A DNA stretch of 64,000 bases from Alloascoidea hylecoeti (lineage: Eukaryota). The stretch lies in the NCBI GenBank assembly GCA_001600815.1, contig BCKZ01000016.1, positions 1 through 64,000 of the forward strand, written 5' to 3'. How positions within the stretch are numbered: the first letter of the stretch is position 1; the number at the start of each line of letters is the position of its first letter. Shown here piece after piece: positions 1 to 11,560 of the stretch. The position numbers and the translations under genes were made by a program. The notes beneath the pieces are model-generated. The model saw nothing but the letters and a program-made list of their open reading frames with translations. It made no database searches and had not been told where the DNA came from.

Positions 1-672
1 ACTACATCGGTGCCATGCAGTTACTCCACTATCACAAAGTCTATCCCAGTTAGCTTCACACTTGTGTCATCTACAGTTCCAGCTACCTCTACAGTCGTTG
101 TTAGTACTGCTTCTCCTGCATCATCTGCTGTTGTACCAGAGTCGGATGTTAGCATTACGGTTATTGTTCCTTCCTCAATCGTTCTTAATAGTGTTACAGA
201 ATTCACATCCTTGATCACTAGTAATGTTGAAATTGAAACTTCCACTCTGACTTCGGTGAAATCCACTGTTAGCACTCTATTTTCATATAACCCTTCGTCA
301 TATGAATCAGGTACTAATACTGTTCTTACTGAAGCTTCAGTCATGGAGACCGGCACATCCTCAATTGCCGCTGGCTTTGCATCTTACGAAACAGTTGCTT
401 CTAAAACGGTTGAGGTTGTTTCATCTGTGGAAAATTCTGTTTCTGCTACATTTTCAATCACTTCTAAATTGGAAGCTACTAAGACTAATAGTCTCTGTGA
501 AAGTTGTGCTGGAACGACCACTACGCCAACTTCGTTATTAACTTCTGTTGTTCCTTCTAGTACATTAAGTGGTACTTCTGCTATCCCTACTTACGTGGGA
601 TCTGCTGAGATGATCATCCCTTCAAGTGGTGCTCTTGCTCTTTGTTTATTTGCCTTTCTTTCTTTTGTATGA
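1..672 (+). CDS. 3' part of Ser/Thr-rich GPI-anchored cell wall protein (5' end outside window)
   Basis: Frame open from base 1 (ACT ACA TCG GTG CCA TGC) to TGA 670-672. Very S/T/V-rich, ending in a GPI-like signal (YVGSAE...GALALCLFAFLSFV). Confidence 0.85.
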   Translation, partial: TTSVPCSYSTITKSIPVSFTLVSSTVPATSTVVVSTASPASSAVVPESDVSITVIVPSSIVLNSVTEFTSLITSNVEIETSTLTSVKSTVSTLFSYNPSSYESGTNTVLTEASVMETGTSSIAAGFASYETVASKTVEVVSSVENSVSATFSITSKLEATKTNSLCESCAGTTTTPTSLLTSVVPSSTLSGTSAIPTYVGSAEMIIPSSGALALCLFAFLSFV

Positions 673-1853
673 TTAGCTCATACACTTTATATATTAAACT
701 TATTTTTTCATTTACCCATTTGTTTTGCCAAATTGATGTGGTATGTGATCCTTTATGATTTTTCTGATGACTTGTTTTATCCCTTTTTATTTTTTTTTAT
801 AATGGTTTTCTGACTCTTCTTGCATCAACCAAGTATTGTTAACATTCTGGTTCGACATCTTCATTTATAAAAGCATTTTTAAGCATAATCTGTTTTTAAA
901 GTTTCTTTGTTTTCACATACTTATCCATTCTATCAAATATCGATTCTCGATTTTCTTCTTTTCTTTTTTCAAGTTCTTCGTAACTGTATCTTACTTTTAC
1001 ATCATTTATTATAAAATTTCTTCTAAACTTTAAATATCTGCTATATAGATAACCTACACATATTTTAATTTATATTTTGAAGTTTGCATATAATATAATT
1101 TGACTATACTTATATATATGAGTATTCCTTGATAAGTGATTTAGGTTGTGCTAAATCGTATACTCATCGCTGAAATGAGAGATCCAATGTAACTTTAAGT
1201 TCTAAAGGAGATAGAATTGTAAACTTAATTATTCAAATGTCTGCACTAGCAAATTTGGCATATCAAAGATAAAAACTCTTATATTATATCTTTATATTAT
1301 CACATAGGTATAGTTTAGCTAGCGCTAGCTAATGGCTATATGGGTATATGATCAATTTTACAAATTAAAAGCCATAATATTCAAGGATAGCTCTATATAT
1401 ATCAATGTAGACAAATAACTATGCATATGCATACTTGACTAATATTAGTTAACCTTCGCCTTCGAGATATCGATTCTTGAGTATATATATTATATATATT
1501 TATTCTAAAATAAATTTCCAGCTAATATAATAGCTCTTATTATTTATATTTGTCAATTTTGGTATAATTATAAATATCGCTGTGTCTTTAGTTTAATGCC
1601 TCACGCTTATTTAGTTTTAAAGGGGTACAAACTCACAAAGTGTTGTGGTAGTCTGCAGCTGAACCGAATTACTTGTTTGGACGTGTTTTCTCCTCGTAAA
1701 CATGCATATGCATATATATTAAGGAAGGAAACTAAACTATATAAATATATCGGTATTACTCTTTTATTTCTTATCAAAATATATATTTATTCTCTTGTTT
1801 AAAGTCAATCTCTACACATTCTTTTGTTAATAAATCCCCCAAATACAGAAAAA

Positions 1854-2345
1854 ATGAGATATTCTACCATTGTTGCTTCCTTAGTCACCCTTGCCGCTCC
1901 TTCTGTTTTTGCCGGCAACTACAGTAATGTTACAGAGGTCTACGACACAGTCACTGCTTATGAGGTTGTCACTGAATTCACAACTTACTGCCCAGAACCA
2001 ACCACTTTAACCTACGGAACGAAGACAATTACCGTTACAGGTGCTACTACTTTGACTATCACAGACTGCCCTTGCACAATCCCCGTGACTTCACCTACAC
2101 CTGAAGTCACAGCTCCAGCACTTATAGCCCCCGCACTTACACCTGAGGGAACAACTACCTCAACTGTGTGCCCTCCAGAAGGATGTGATTCCACAATAAC
2201 TGTCCCAATCAAAGTTACAGTTACTAATTCTCGTATTATGTCAGGTAATGGTACAGCAATGATTGCTGAAGCTACAGGTGCTGCAGATAAGCTCATACCA
2301 GCTGGTGCTTTTGCCGGTGCCGTTGCTTTTGCCTTTCTTTTTTAA
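1854..2345 (+). CDS. Ccw12/Sed1/Spi1-type GPI cell wall mannoprotein
   Basis: ATG 1854 in AAAAATG context. Signal peptide [20 protein letters not shown], motif [36 protein letters not shown] tail [22 protein letters not shown]. Confidence 0.9.
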   Translation: MRYSTIVASLVTLAAPSVFAGNYSNVTEVYDTVTAYEVVTEFTTYCPEPTTLTYGTKTITVTGATTLTITDCPCTIPVTSPTPEVTAPALIAPALTPEGTTTSTVCPPEGCDSTITVPIKVTVTNSRIMSGNGTAMIAEATGAADKLIPAGAFAGAVAFAFLF

Positions 2346-3465
2346 ATTTTCTACCATGGTTAGCTATATAATCTAATTTCTTTCATTAAAAATTACTTAC
2401 GTTATTTCTTGTTTTAATACCAAGTTGTCTGTTACTTTAGAGCTATCTTTGGTTTTTTGATTCTTTATGTTTTTTGTTTACTCTTCTAATATTACACTAT
2501 GGCTAGCACTCAGTTATATAGTTAAGCCCTCAAAGTATATAATATTTATATTCTATAATAAATTACAACTCCTAGTAAAAGTGAATAAATATTATAATAT
2601 GGCTTTAATCAAATCATGATCGCGATTACAAGTAACGTCAACTGATATGTGGCTCGAAATCAATAAAATGAAATATTAATTTGTATCTGTTGTTATGAAT
2701 AGTGATGCAGCTTGAAAAGAGTAAGAGTTACTTGAATATCTCAAACACCTGTGTTCTCCACTTCATTATTGGAAATATACGCGTAGGCGTGGATGAAATA
2801 AGACAGGCAAACCCCAAAAGAGACGATAGTGGGAAATCCGCACACCAAATTTTCCCCTTTTGGGTGAATCGTTACCCGGGTTTAATATCACCAAAACATT
2901 CGGAGAAACTTCATTATCTATAGAGAATCCGAGATAGTAGTAATGATCTTCCAAAAAGCTCTGATAATAGGTTTAATATTATATTACCCATGGAAGGCCA
3001 ATCTAATCATGTTATTATAATCTGACCATCACCAGTACCACCCTACAGAGTATAACCTGAGTTTGAGTAAGAGCACCACGACAATTTCATGGAGATACTG
3101 TCGTAACATTATAGTGCAGCTTACTGGTAAAGTCAAATCTAAAAAAGGGATTTAAAAAATTGGAAAATAGCTATTTATATCTATTTATACATTCAAATAT
3201 ATTATTTAATAATAATTCATTTATTTTTAGCAACTGCTCATGGTCACTCAATGATTAATTGTTGCAGGTGTTGGGACCTATATTAGAAAAAGAACCGTAA
3301 TTGATTCGTGTTTTCTAGTATAATCTACACCCTATTAATGCATGAAAATATTTTATGATATTTTCTGGCCTTTGGGGAGTCCTGGATTATAAAAAGTGTC
3401 AATTTCCCTTAATCTTCCCTTCGGTTTTATAGTATTATCATTCCATTGACTCTCGCTTACTTTCG

Positions 3466-4770
3466 ATGAAATCGTCTGCTGTTATCAATTTACTCACTCT
3501 TGTGGGCGCGGCTCTCGCGAATTTCCATAACACTACTGTTCAAACTCCTACCATATTTACGGAGACGACTAGTACAGTTGTCACGGAGTACACAACTTAC
3601 TGCCCAACTCCAACTGAAGTCGTCGTTAATAACAAGACAATCACAGTTACAGGTGCTACTACTTTGACTATCACTGATTGTCCTTGCACAATTCCTAAGA
3701 CCACTCTCGTTACTTGCTCTTCTGAATGCCATCTTCATACATCGAAGACTTATATCACTCCTACTGTCATACCAACCGAGTCCACTACGGTTTATGAGAC
3801 TACGGTTACGGGCTACACTACCTATTGTCCGGTTCCAACTACAATTACTCAAGGTAATGTAACTATTCCTGTCACAACACCTGGTTACGTTACAATTACT
3901 GAGTGTCCTCCACATGGTTGTACTGTCTCAAAGACCAAGACTTATATCACTTCCACTGTTACACCAACTACTAGCTATGGTACCTATGTGACAACTGTTA
4001 CAGGTTACACTACCTATTGTCCAGCTCCAACTACAATTACTCAAGGTAATGTAACTATTCCTGTCACAACACCTGGTTACGTTACAGTAACTAAGTGTCC
4101 TCCAATTGGTTGTACAGTTTCGAAGACTAAGACTTATATCTTTCCAACGGTTACGCCAACTGAGCTCACTACGATTTATGAAACTACTGTTACAGGTTAC
4201 ACTACATATTGTCCAACCCCAACAACAATCACTCAGGGTAGTATAACCATTCCTGTTACAACACCCGGTTATGTTACAGTAACTAAGTGTCCTCCAATTG
4301 GTTGTACCATCCCAACGACTGCTGTTGAAACTTACACTCCCCCTGTTAAGTCAACTAAACTCACAACTACCGCTGTTGAATCTTACACTACCCCTGTTAA
4401 AACAACTGAATTGACAACTACCTATAGTACATCAGTTCCTTATTTTACAACCTATTGTCCTACACCAACTACTTTAACTTATGGATCTGTTACTATCCCT
4501 GTTGAAACGCCTGGTACTGTTACAGTATCATCGTGCCCATCAGAGGGTTGTACCATTAAGACAAGTAGTGTCATTACAAGCGAAGTGCCAATAACAACTC
4601 CAGTATTTATTAGTACCATACCACTTGTTACTCCCTCATCTGTGTCAGCAGCGACCACCGCAATTCCAATCCCAGTAGTTGGCGGTGCTGCCACACATCT
4701 TGCAACTCCTATTGATATGTCTATGCTTACAGGTATTGCTGTTATTGCAATTGGAGTTTTCTTCTTGTAA
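3466..4770 (+). CDS. Sed1-like GPI cell wall protein with five TTYCP modules
   Basis: Signal peptide, five TTYCP...CP..CT modules, Thr-rich, hydrophobic C-terminal GPI signal. Confidence 0.9.
   Translation: MKSSAVINLLTLVGAALANFHNTTVQTPTIFTETTSTVVTEYTTYCPTPTEVVVNNKTITVTGATTLTITDCPCTIPKTTLVTCSSECHLHTSKTYITPTVIPTESTTVYETTVTGYTTYCPVPTTITQGNVTIPVTTPGYVTITECPPHGCTVSKTKTYITSTVTPTTSYGTYVTTVTGYTTYCPAPTTITQGNVTIPVTTPGYVTVTKCPPIGCTVSKTKTYIFPTVTPTELTTIYETTVTGYTTYCPTPTTITQGSITIPVTTPGYVTVTKCPPIGCTIPTTAVETYTPPVKSTKLTTTAVESYTTPVKTTELTTTYSTSVPYFTTYCPTPTTLTYGSVTIPVETPGTVTVSSCPSEGCTIKTSSVITSEVPITTPVFISTIPLVTPSSVSAATTAIPIPVVGGAATHLATPIDMSMLTGIAVIAIGVFFL
3740..4310 (+). repeat. Coding tandem repeat, 192-bp (64-aa) period, about 3 copies
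   Basis: Cys codon of TTYCP at 3826, 4018 and 4210; long identical stretches between copies. Boundaries approximate. Confidence 0.85.
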
Positions 4771-6149
4771 TGTTGTTGATTTCTCATCAACTTTTATGAA
4801 TTTTTATCATTGAGACTTTTAGAATTTTCTTCAATTTAATCATAAACTTCTAATTATCAACCCATTAATCTTTTTCTCATTATTATTATTAATAAAAAAT
4901 TGTTTCTAATTTAAATATATATAATGACTTTTCTTGCATATTGAAATTTGGTTTTCTTGCCGATTTTATTGTTTCTAATTTAGCACTAATTTAGCATTGA
5001 TTTTCTAAATAATATATAAACTTTAAATTTCTTTATAGTTAATATATTAACTAATCTTTAATCTATTTATAATTATTTATTATCTAAGTTTAAGATATAC
5101 ATACCTAATTGTTAAATGGTTCTGCATGTGCATACTGCATAGCATTCAAATATGTTGGACGAGAATGGGCGTAAAAAGTAAATTGAGTTAGATATAGCAG
5201 TTACTTGATACCAGTAATTCGGCGGTGAAACCTATCGAAAGTCATCTTCAACAAAGTAAAGCAGGTAACCTGAAATACCTAGATCAGCTAGGTCATATGA
5301 TCGGGCAATACCATAATATTAGCTCTATTAGAAATAAAAACTTCGATCAACAAGAATAAAACATGCAAGGAATGGCATTCTTCGATGGCCAGATGGCATT
5401 TTCAACGGTTTGTGTGTTTTCCAAAAAGAGCTCTAATTTAATGTGTTGTTAACCTTATTGTCCTGTCTACAATATCCTTCTTCTTCCATGGATATCAACC
5501 CTTCCCAACTTTCCTTTATTTCACGATTAAGAGTGATAGCACCAATCATCCTTACTTTTATGTCTCTTGTAAATTTTCCACTGCCGGTGGCTGCGGAGTG
5601 GTGAAATAGAAATTTGAGCATGTTGGAGATGGATGGTCGAGTACTCTGTGCTGGTCAAGAACAATGCGAGCACCCTAACCTTTCATGGTATAATGAGCAG
5701 TTATTGTACGATTGAGATTTTGAGTGGCTTAGAATATACTATATGAAGCGCCGTGCGATCAATGAAAAAGGATAGAATAAATAGGAAAAGAAATATGTCT
5801 TACATTTTCAAACGTGACCAACCGACAATATATACCGGTATATGGTTCATTTACTACGCAAGTGTGTAAGGGGATTTCCAAGATTATGCCTCTCTTAACA
5901 TTGATGAAACCGTGGAAATCGTGAATGATGCGGAGAACCTGCTGCCATCTTCACACATATTCCACCCGCTGAAAGACGTCAAATATTTGTATAATCTTCA
6001 AGAAAAACTACCAAATTCTAAGCTGAATACTGCGATGAAAGCTTACTACCTCTCCCTATTCCGACACTATTTTTTTAATTGATGATTAACGGTATTATTA
6101 TTTTTACCTATGCTAAACTAGTAAAACTTATATGAATATATTACAAAAA

Positions 6150-7505
6150 TCAATTGATAAAATCCAACACCAATTTATTAAATGCATCAGGATTATCAAG
6201 ATAAACATGATGTCCTGCCTCTTCCACAACTTCAAACCGTGCCTTTTGATCATCTCCCACTTTCTTATTGATCCATTCAACAACTTCTGCTCCAGCATCT
6301 TTATTCATCCAATCTTTATCTCCATAAATCCATAACGTTTTACACTTTAATTGATTTCTAAAAAGTTGGATTCTATCGGAAAGTGGGAAGTAAGCAAGTG
6401 CTCCTGGTGCTAGTAATCTTGTTAAACCATATTCTCCAGATGATTTTGCAGACATACATTTATAACAATATGAATGTAGAGTTAGGAATTCATTTTTATC
6501 AACTCCATTAAATCTTTGATGTGACCAGAATGAAATAATTCTTGGACCAATGGGACCAAATGCTTTCATTACCGCGAATGGTGACCAATGTTTTGACCAT
6601 AGATATATTGCAATTTTTGGCATATGGGGGATTTTAACATATTCTTTTTCTTCCCCTTCTTCTTTTAGATCATCACCTGTAATAGCAGATTGAGAAACTA
6701 TCAATTCTTGTTCAAAATCAGGAGCATCTTTTTTATTTTGAAACTTATTCAAATCAACATTTTTATTTGAAACAATTTGATCTTCTACTTCCTTTGAATA
6801 ACCATTTCTTTCAACTCCAACCGGAGAAATCAATATTAATTTCGAAACTCTTTCTGGATGTTTTAAAGTATAAATCATACTTAAATAACCACCCATAGAA
6901 TGTCCAATTAATATAAATTTATTTAATTCATCTTTATAAGTTTTCCTCCATTCTTCTAAAGGATCTAAAAACCAATTTTCAGTATTTGAAACGATTTCAT
7001 AATGATTTTTCCCAGGTGCTATAAAATCATGTCTTGAAGAATTTCCATGACCTGCTAAATCTAAAGCATGAATAGTAACACCAGGTATTTTACTAAGAGT
7101 ATCAAAATTTCTATAATATAAACCTAAAGCAGCACCAAAACCATGAAGAATAACAATATGTAAATTGGTAGATGAATGTTCTATATTTTTAATTGTAAAT
7201 TCATTTATTGTTTTACCATTTCCAACATTTATTTGATGAACTGTGGCTATTCTTGTACCATCGGATTCTGGATAAAAAGGTAATCTTGATAGAACATTAT
7301 CTTGAGCCTCTTCAAGTGTTAATGAACTACACCATTGTTTAAAAGATTCTTTATAAGTTATTGCCTCTCTTTTTGGCTTTCTGGTTCTTTTGGTCCTTTG
7401 AGTTCTTTTTGTTTTTCTATTCGTCTTTTCATTCGATTTCCTATTCATATTGATAGTTGAATTTACGTTTGAGCTTGAATGTAATGTTCGTGAACTTGAA
7501 GTCAT
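6150..7505 (-). CDS. CLD1: Alpha/beta hydrolase of the Cld1/Ecm18/Ict1 (ABHD4/5) family, probably cardiolipin-specific deacylase
   Basis: LHGFGAALGLYYRNFD, nucleophile motif GHSMGG, C-terminal HHVYLD (HX4D), basic N-terminus resembling a mitochondrial presequence. Paralog assignment tentative. Confidence 0.75.
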   Translation of the reverse strand: MTSSSRTLHSSSNVNSTINMNRKSNEKTNRKTKRTQRTKRTRKPKREAITYKESFKQWCSSLTLEEAQDNVLSRLPFYPESDGTRIATVHQINVGNGKTINEFTIKNIEHSSTNLHIVILHGFGAALGLYYRNFDTLSKIPGVTIHALDLAGHGNSSRHDFIAPGKNHYEIVSNTENWFLDPLEEWRKTYKDELNKFILIGHSMGGYLSMIYTLKHPERVSKLILISPVGVERNGYSKEVEDQIVSNKNVDLNKFQNKKDAPDFEQELIVSQSAITGDDLKEEGEEKEYVKIPHMPKIAIYLWSKHWSPFAVMKAFGPIGPRIISFWSHQRFNGVDKNEFLTLHSYCYKCMSAKSSGEYGLTRLLAPGALAYFPLSDRIQLFRNQLKCKTLWIYGDKDWMNKDAGAEVVEWINKKVGDDQKARFEVVEEAGHHVYLDNPDAFNKLVLDFIN

Positions 7506-8189
7506 TGATTATAAAACGACAATTATTGAGATAACATTGTGGATTTAAATATAAATTTCCTTCGCTTTTATCGCCGTTTAATGTTTCTTAGCTATAATTA
7601 TAAAAACATTGGCTATTTCCGTTAATCCCCAAATTATCAGCCTCACAATAATAAATTTAAAACTACAGCTAGCGTTATCTTTATATTTACATGTTATATT
7701 GAATCACTAACATTCTATGACGAGAATCCATGCCCACGTGGTGATTGTTTTATGTTTAACTAATAGATGGTGAAGATGTTGCAACTTGTCCAAGTATCCA
7801 TTTTTGATGAAGATGAAAATGAAAATGATCTAAATGAATATCAACAGTATATTCTGCTAATCTACATTACTATTATTTTCAGTTATCGTCATCGTTTCGG
7901 AGATATAGCTATGAATCCGGATCCTATCATCATCAATATTACGATATATCCGCTGTAATTATATATAATTATATTATAATGACCTTCACTTGTACAAATT
8001 TAAAGGTCCTTTTTTTATTTACCACTATTTCTCTATAATTTAATTTGTCAAGGTATAGAAATAAGAAGTGGGTATAAATCAGTTTGTCCTTTATTGGGTT
8101 TTATAAGAGCTAAACTCCCAACATCATCATGGGTGCATAAGTGTAGCTGGTGGTACTTCCAACCCTTGTGACATCATAAACTTATAAAA

Positions 8190-8700
8190 GACATCAACTG
8201 CTGGGGTTTCTCTGATTAACTTTGCCATTTCTTTTATACCGTTATTTAATTGCTTTGTTTCGTTTCAGAATTCTCCTTCAAGCTTAAGCATATTGAGGTT
8301 GTCTTTTGGTGGTGTTAATTTTTAGGCTTAAAGGGTAAATAAGGAGAAAAAAGTTGAACATCTGTTTTATAATAGATTGATTAATTGGATTTTTCTTACA
8401 AATATTTCTAAATCTATAAATATGGAAAAATGGTTTAAATTTTAATCAAATTTGAAACATTTCTGTGTTCTGAAAATTTAGATATATTAATAGTTGAATG
8501 GAAAATCCAATTTTTAATTTATTTCTTATTAACATGTTCCAACCAAGATTTTTCTCCATACAGGGATATACCTTTAAATATCACCACCACCACCCTGTTC
8601 AAGCTTGACGAAGAATTCGGAAACGAAAATGAAATAAGCTTAAGGGTATAAAAGAAAGAAATGGCAAAGTTATTCAAAGAAAGTGGTTGGTGATATCCAG
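8190..8700. mobile_element. Long imperfect palindrome (foldback/MITE-like relic)
   Basis: 8217-8240 pairs with 8645-8672, 8258-8285 with 8601-8628, and pairing continues inward to a centre near 8446. Confidence 0.75.
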
Positions 8701-8742
8701 CTGGTAAGAGGTAAACTTCTTGAAGTAGAGATGTAGCTTATA

Positions 8743-8970
8743 CCATAAAAAAACATGGTTAAAATGAAAGAATTAACTCTCTAACTTTGAATTAAGAACA
8801 AAAAAACGTGTACAAATATATTAGAAGAATCTAGTAGGATATAAGCAGCTTATCTACACAAAATATCTAGTGAATTCATGTTTTTTTGGGGATGTTGGTT
8901 GTTGATTTAATAAATACTAATACTTGTTTTGTTGTGCTCCGATGTTCGTTACAATTGCCCGACCCTTATA
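8743..8970 (+). repeat. Dispersed repeat A, copy 1
   Basis: Colinear similarity to 26921-27110, including identical AATATCTAGTGAATTCAT (8862-8879 vs 27024-27041). Confidence 0.75.
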
Positions 8971-10159
8971 ATGATATTCAATTGAAAACTTGAAATTGAG
9001 CTAAATTAAAAGTGGTTTAACAATTTCTAGTTAAGAAACGGGGTCTACTGTATTATTACTCCCGGATAATGGAGCAGTTTTAGTAGTGCTACCATGAAAT
9101 TAATCGCAGGCTTTATTTCCAATATCGATAGTTTAGCAGCTGTATTTGATCATGAGTCATAAAAAAACATTAAATTCAAATCTAAACGTTAATTGTTGAC
9201 ATTGAAAGGTTTAATAATATGTGTCATAAATCAATATTATTTACTTTGTTTTTAATTTTAATCCCTTCCTCCCTTTTTTTAAGGGTAATTTTGAGTATTG
9301 AGTGACTTTCAACATATTTCAAATCCTCCCAATTATAATTAAACAGATTATTATAAATAGAAATAAATTGGTATTCAATATTCAATATTCAGTTTTCATT
9401 TATTTTGTTTAAATTAATATTTAAATTAAATTTTCACTTGTATAGGCCTACATAATTTGCAATAGGGATTATTCAATGTCACTTCGATGACACTTTTTAT
9501 ATAAGCTGGCGCCTATATCATAAAAGAAAAATTTGATTAGTGAATGTAATTGTGTTTTGAAAAAAAATTGCTTGTGAATTTAATACTTTTTATCATAGTC
9601 ATTAATTTCTCTAGATCATTTCTAATTATAATATTTCTATTATAAATTATTGAATTTTTAATAATTGTAGATTACAAGGCAGATAATAATCAAATTAAAT
9701 AATTTTTATAGGCCCAAGAATCTAGATCAGCGGAGAAGAGGACCGTCAAATGATATTTTTGGCTGATAAACATTCCACCGAGAGGGAGAAAAGGCGAAAA
9801 GGCGTTTTTGTATGGGACTTGTGGAGCCAATGAAATTCGAGTGTTTGAAGGTGAAGGCTCATCACTTTAAGGATTCACCTATCTTTTGTAGCCTTAGGTT
9901 TTGGAGGTCTTTCGGAGGTTTGTCTTACATTATACAGAAGACCCTCTTGTGATTCTTGCTCCGTTGCTTCACGCAATCACGTAAGGTCTAGATCTACAAG
10001 AATTATCTATATAAAATGAGCTCTCTGCTTTCTTTTCTTTTAGATTGTGATTCCAACCATCATTCATTCTTTACTCATAGTTTTTAAAGCTACAACACTT
10101 TCGTTATCATTAACTAATATACATTCATTCGTTGCCTACCTCTTAATATAAATAACAAA

Positions 10160-10690
10160 ATGAAATTTTCAATCGTCTCCTCTATTGTCTTTGCAGCCTC
10201 TGCATTTGCCGTATCAAACGCTACAGTTGCAGCCTCAACAGTCGTTTATACAACAGTTGTTGATAAGGTTGTTACCAAATACACAACATATTGCCCATAC
10301 GCTACCCAAGTAGTTGTTAACAATAAGACTATTGCAGTTACAGAAGCCACAACTTTGACTATTACAGACTGTCCATGTACAATTGCACATACAACAGAGC
10401 TCACCACAGTTCTCTCAGGAACATCTTCTGCCCCCTCAGTAGCAGCCAATTCTACGGTAGTTGCATCCACAGGTGTTTCCAACTCTACTGCCATTGAAAC
10501 AACAGCAGTTGAGACCGCCGTTGAGTCAGCAGTCGGAAGTGAAGCAGCTGGAACCGCAGTTGAACAATCAGCATCTGCCACTGGTACAGGTGTCGCAACA
10601 GTATCAAGTGCTGAAGCTGGAGCAGCCAGATCAGGATTAACAACAGGTGCATTTGCCGGAGCCATTGCTTTACTCGCATGCCTGTTATAA
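10160..10690 (+). CDS. Ccw12-like GPI cell wall mannoprotein
   Basis: Signal peptide MKFSIVSSIVFAASAFA, motif [37 protein letters not shown] tail. TATATAAA near 10008. Confidence 0.9.
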   Translation: MKFSIVSSIVFAASAFAVSNATVAASTVVYTTVVDKVVTKYTTYCPYATQVVVNNKTIAVTEATTLTITDCPCTIAHTTELTTVLSGTSSAPSVAANSTVVASTGVSNSTAIETTAVETAVESAVGSEAAGTAVEQSASATGTGVATVSSAEAGAARSGLTTGAFAGAIALLACLL

Positions 10691-11354
10691 ACTTCAGGAT
10701 AATTACTTAATATAAGTTTATATAAACCCTGTTTTTTTGCATTTTGCATTTCGTCTGATCTTATTTTGTCAATAATGTTTAAATTTTAAAATTTGTTAAA
10801 ATATGTGCAGTTGATGTTTTCGCATTTATTTAGTATTATAATATTTAAAGATATTTTCCATAAGTGGTGTGTAACAAATTAAAATAGTTCTAATAATCTT
10901 TTCTTTCTTTCTTTCTTCTCGTTAACTGGCCGAGTAGTTTTTGTAAACTGCAAACTTATTTCTTCCTCTTCCTTCTTCCTTCTGAATTATACGTCGTGAA
11001 TATTCTTTGAAGTTCTCTTCTCGCCCCTCAACAATTGCCACCACAAGTGTGAGTGTCCGAGTGTTGACATAAAGATCCCGCCAAAATCCGTCCAGCAAAC
11101 CAGCCAATGGCAGGCCCGCACTGAGCATCGTTATCACAACCACATGCGGTCCGCGTATTTGCACTGCGGGTCTTTACCTACTCCCGACGCGAAGAGGCCG
11201 GAAAAAGCGCAGCCAAAACGCGAAAGTGACGCGTGAGCAATCACCCGATAGTGGTGGCGCAAGCCCGTCGGTCGGGTGCTGCAGAGGCCCAAAACAGAAA
11301 TTTGATTTAGTCGAAAATGAGCCTTTGAATGTCTCTTTTTTAACTTCATAAATT

Positions 11355-11362
11355 TATAAATA
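11355..11362 (+). promoter_or_regulatory. Probable TATA box of the bZIP gene, downstream of a GC-rich UAS-like block (about 11020-11290)
   Basis: TATAAATA followed by a pyrimidine tract and an A-run. Confidence 0.55.
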
Positions 11363-11560
11363 TACAAAGAAATCGGCTTTTCTTACTTTTCTTCTTAAAC
11401 ATCACACAAAAAAAAAAATAGATAGAAAAAGTCAATTCTTGCTTGTTTGCTGGCTTCGATTTTCTGGTATTTTTATCTGTAGTAAAAGCATTTATCGCTC
11501 GTACTACTTCTTATAATCTGCAGACACAGAACCTCTTGAACAGGGCCTCTAACCGCAGCC

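Noticed and set aside
21..10749. Antisense ORFs over the cell-wall genes (21-356, 2012-2296, 3490-3915, 4479-4790, 10246-10749)
   Set aside because: Shadow frames of Thr/Ser/Ala/Val-rich codons; the + strand has signal peptides and GPI tails.
11467..11558. Candidate intron GTATTT...CTAAC CGCAG in the bZIP leader as a way to supply an ATG
   Set aside because: It could be a real 5' UTR intron, but the spliced upstream frame still has no ATG. The GTGAGC donor at 11233 (from ATG 11144) is out of phase with acceptors 11543 and 11558, and hits TGA 11537 with acceptor 11523.
11518..11558. Ire1/HAC1-like CNG|CAG pairs flanking the in-frame stop
   Set aside because: Excision leaves an in-frame TAA just upstream and no ATG; the bZIP is not Hac1-like.
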